From: Solirubrobacterales bacterium
GTDB lineage: Bacteria > Actinomycetota > Thermoleophilia > Solirubrobacterales > 70-9
NCBI GenBank assembly: GCA_036276255.1
Contig: DASUPK010000050.1
Span: 26,093-90,092 of the forward strand
DNA: 64,000 bases
Direction of reading: 5' to 3'
Shown piece after piece: positions 63,885 to 64,000 of this stretch. Every line of letters starts with the position of its first letter. The first letter of the stretch is position 1. The translations under genes were made by a program, and so were the position numbers. A model generated the notes under the pieces. That model searched no databases, had not been told where the DNA came from, and saw only the letters and a list, made by a program, of their open reading frames with translations.

Positions 63885-64000
63885 ATGTCCGTGAGAATCA
63901 GACTTCGCAGGGTCGGGTCGAAGAAGAACCCGATCTGGAGGGTTGTCGTCGCCGACCAGCGCTCGCCGCGGGACGGCCGCACGATCGAGACGATCGGCCA
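63885..64000 (+). CDS. rpsP: 30S ribosomal protein S16 (3'-truncated by window end)
   Basis: Hand translation from ATG 63885 gives [38 protein letters not shown]. Not in the ORF track because it is cut by the window end. Confidence 0.85.
   Translation, partial: MSVRIRLRRVGSKKNPIWRVVVADQRSPRDGRTIETIG

Overview
This is a high-G+C bacterial chromosomal segment (about 70% by eye, not computed). Gene order and protein motifs look like a deep-branching Actinomycetota lineage. My guess is Thermoleophilia/Rubrobacteria-like (e.g. Solirubrobacterales or Conexibacter), which I cannot verify without a search.

The window holds about 70 tightly packed protein genes, mostly housekeeping, and many adjacent genes overlap by ATGA/GTGA:
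- glycine cleavage gcvPA/gcvPB
- a split NHEJ module (ligase, Ku, LigD polymerase domain)
- a fetAB-like exporter
- trpS and scpAB
- cell-wall hydrolases
- an aromatic amino-acid cluster (aroH, GNAT, hisC, then aroG-tyrA-aroA)
- cmk-der, metK, and priA-def-fmt-rpe
- the riboflavin operon ribD-ribE-ribBA-ribH
- rpmB-yloV ... recG-rsmD-coaD
- yceD-rpmF-plsX-acpP-rnc-smc ... ftsY ... ffh-rpsP

I saw no rRNA, tRNA, CRISPR array, transposase or prophage genes.

Most interesting observations:
1. An interspersed 75-107 nt structured repeat (5' CTAGCGGCC ... GGCGAAGCCGTC 3') has 4 full copies and 2 collapsed copies. Its 5' end coincides with the stop codon of the upstream gene. Compensatory base changes support a long-range helix that includes the stop-codon G. 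One copy has been absorbed into the 3' end of metK. I cannot assign it to any family I know.
2. A 31-codon leader ORF ending in Y-F-Y-F-W-R-F sits in the low-GC spacer upstream of DAHP synthase. It is a candidate aromatic amino-acid attenuator.
3. Several genes have conserved N-termini upstream of any ATG/GTG/TTG. This implies ATC, CTG or ATT initiation: ribD (strong SD), the RCK channel and LigD-Pol.
4. The RCK channel has a non-canonical selectivity filter.
5. Accessory gene blocks interrupt otherwise conserved synteny.

All homology calls come from motif recognition by eye. No database search was possible.
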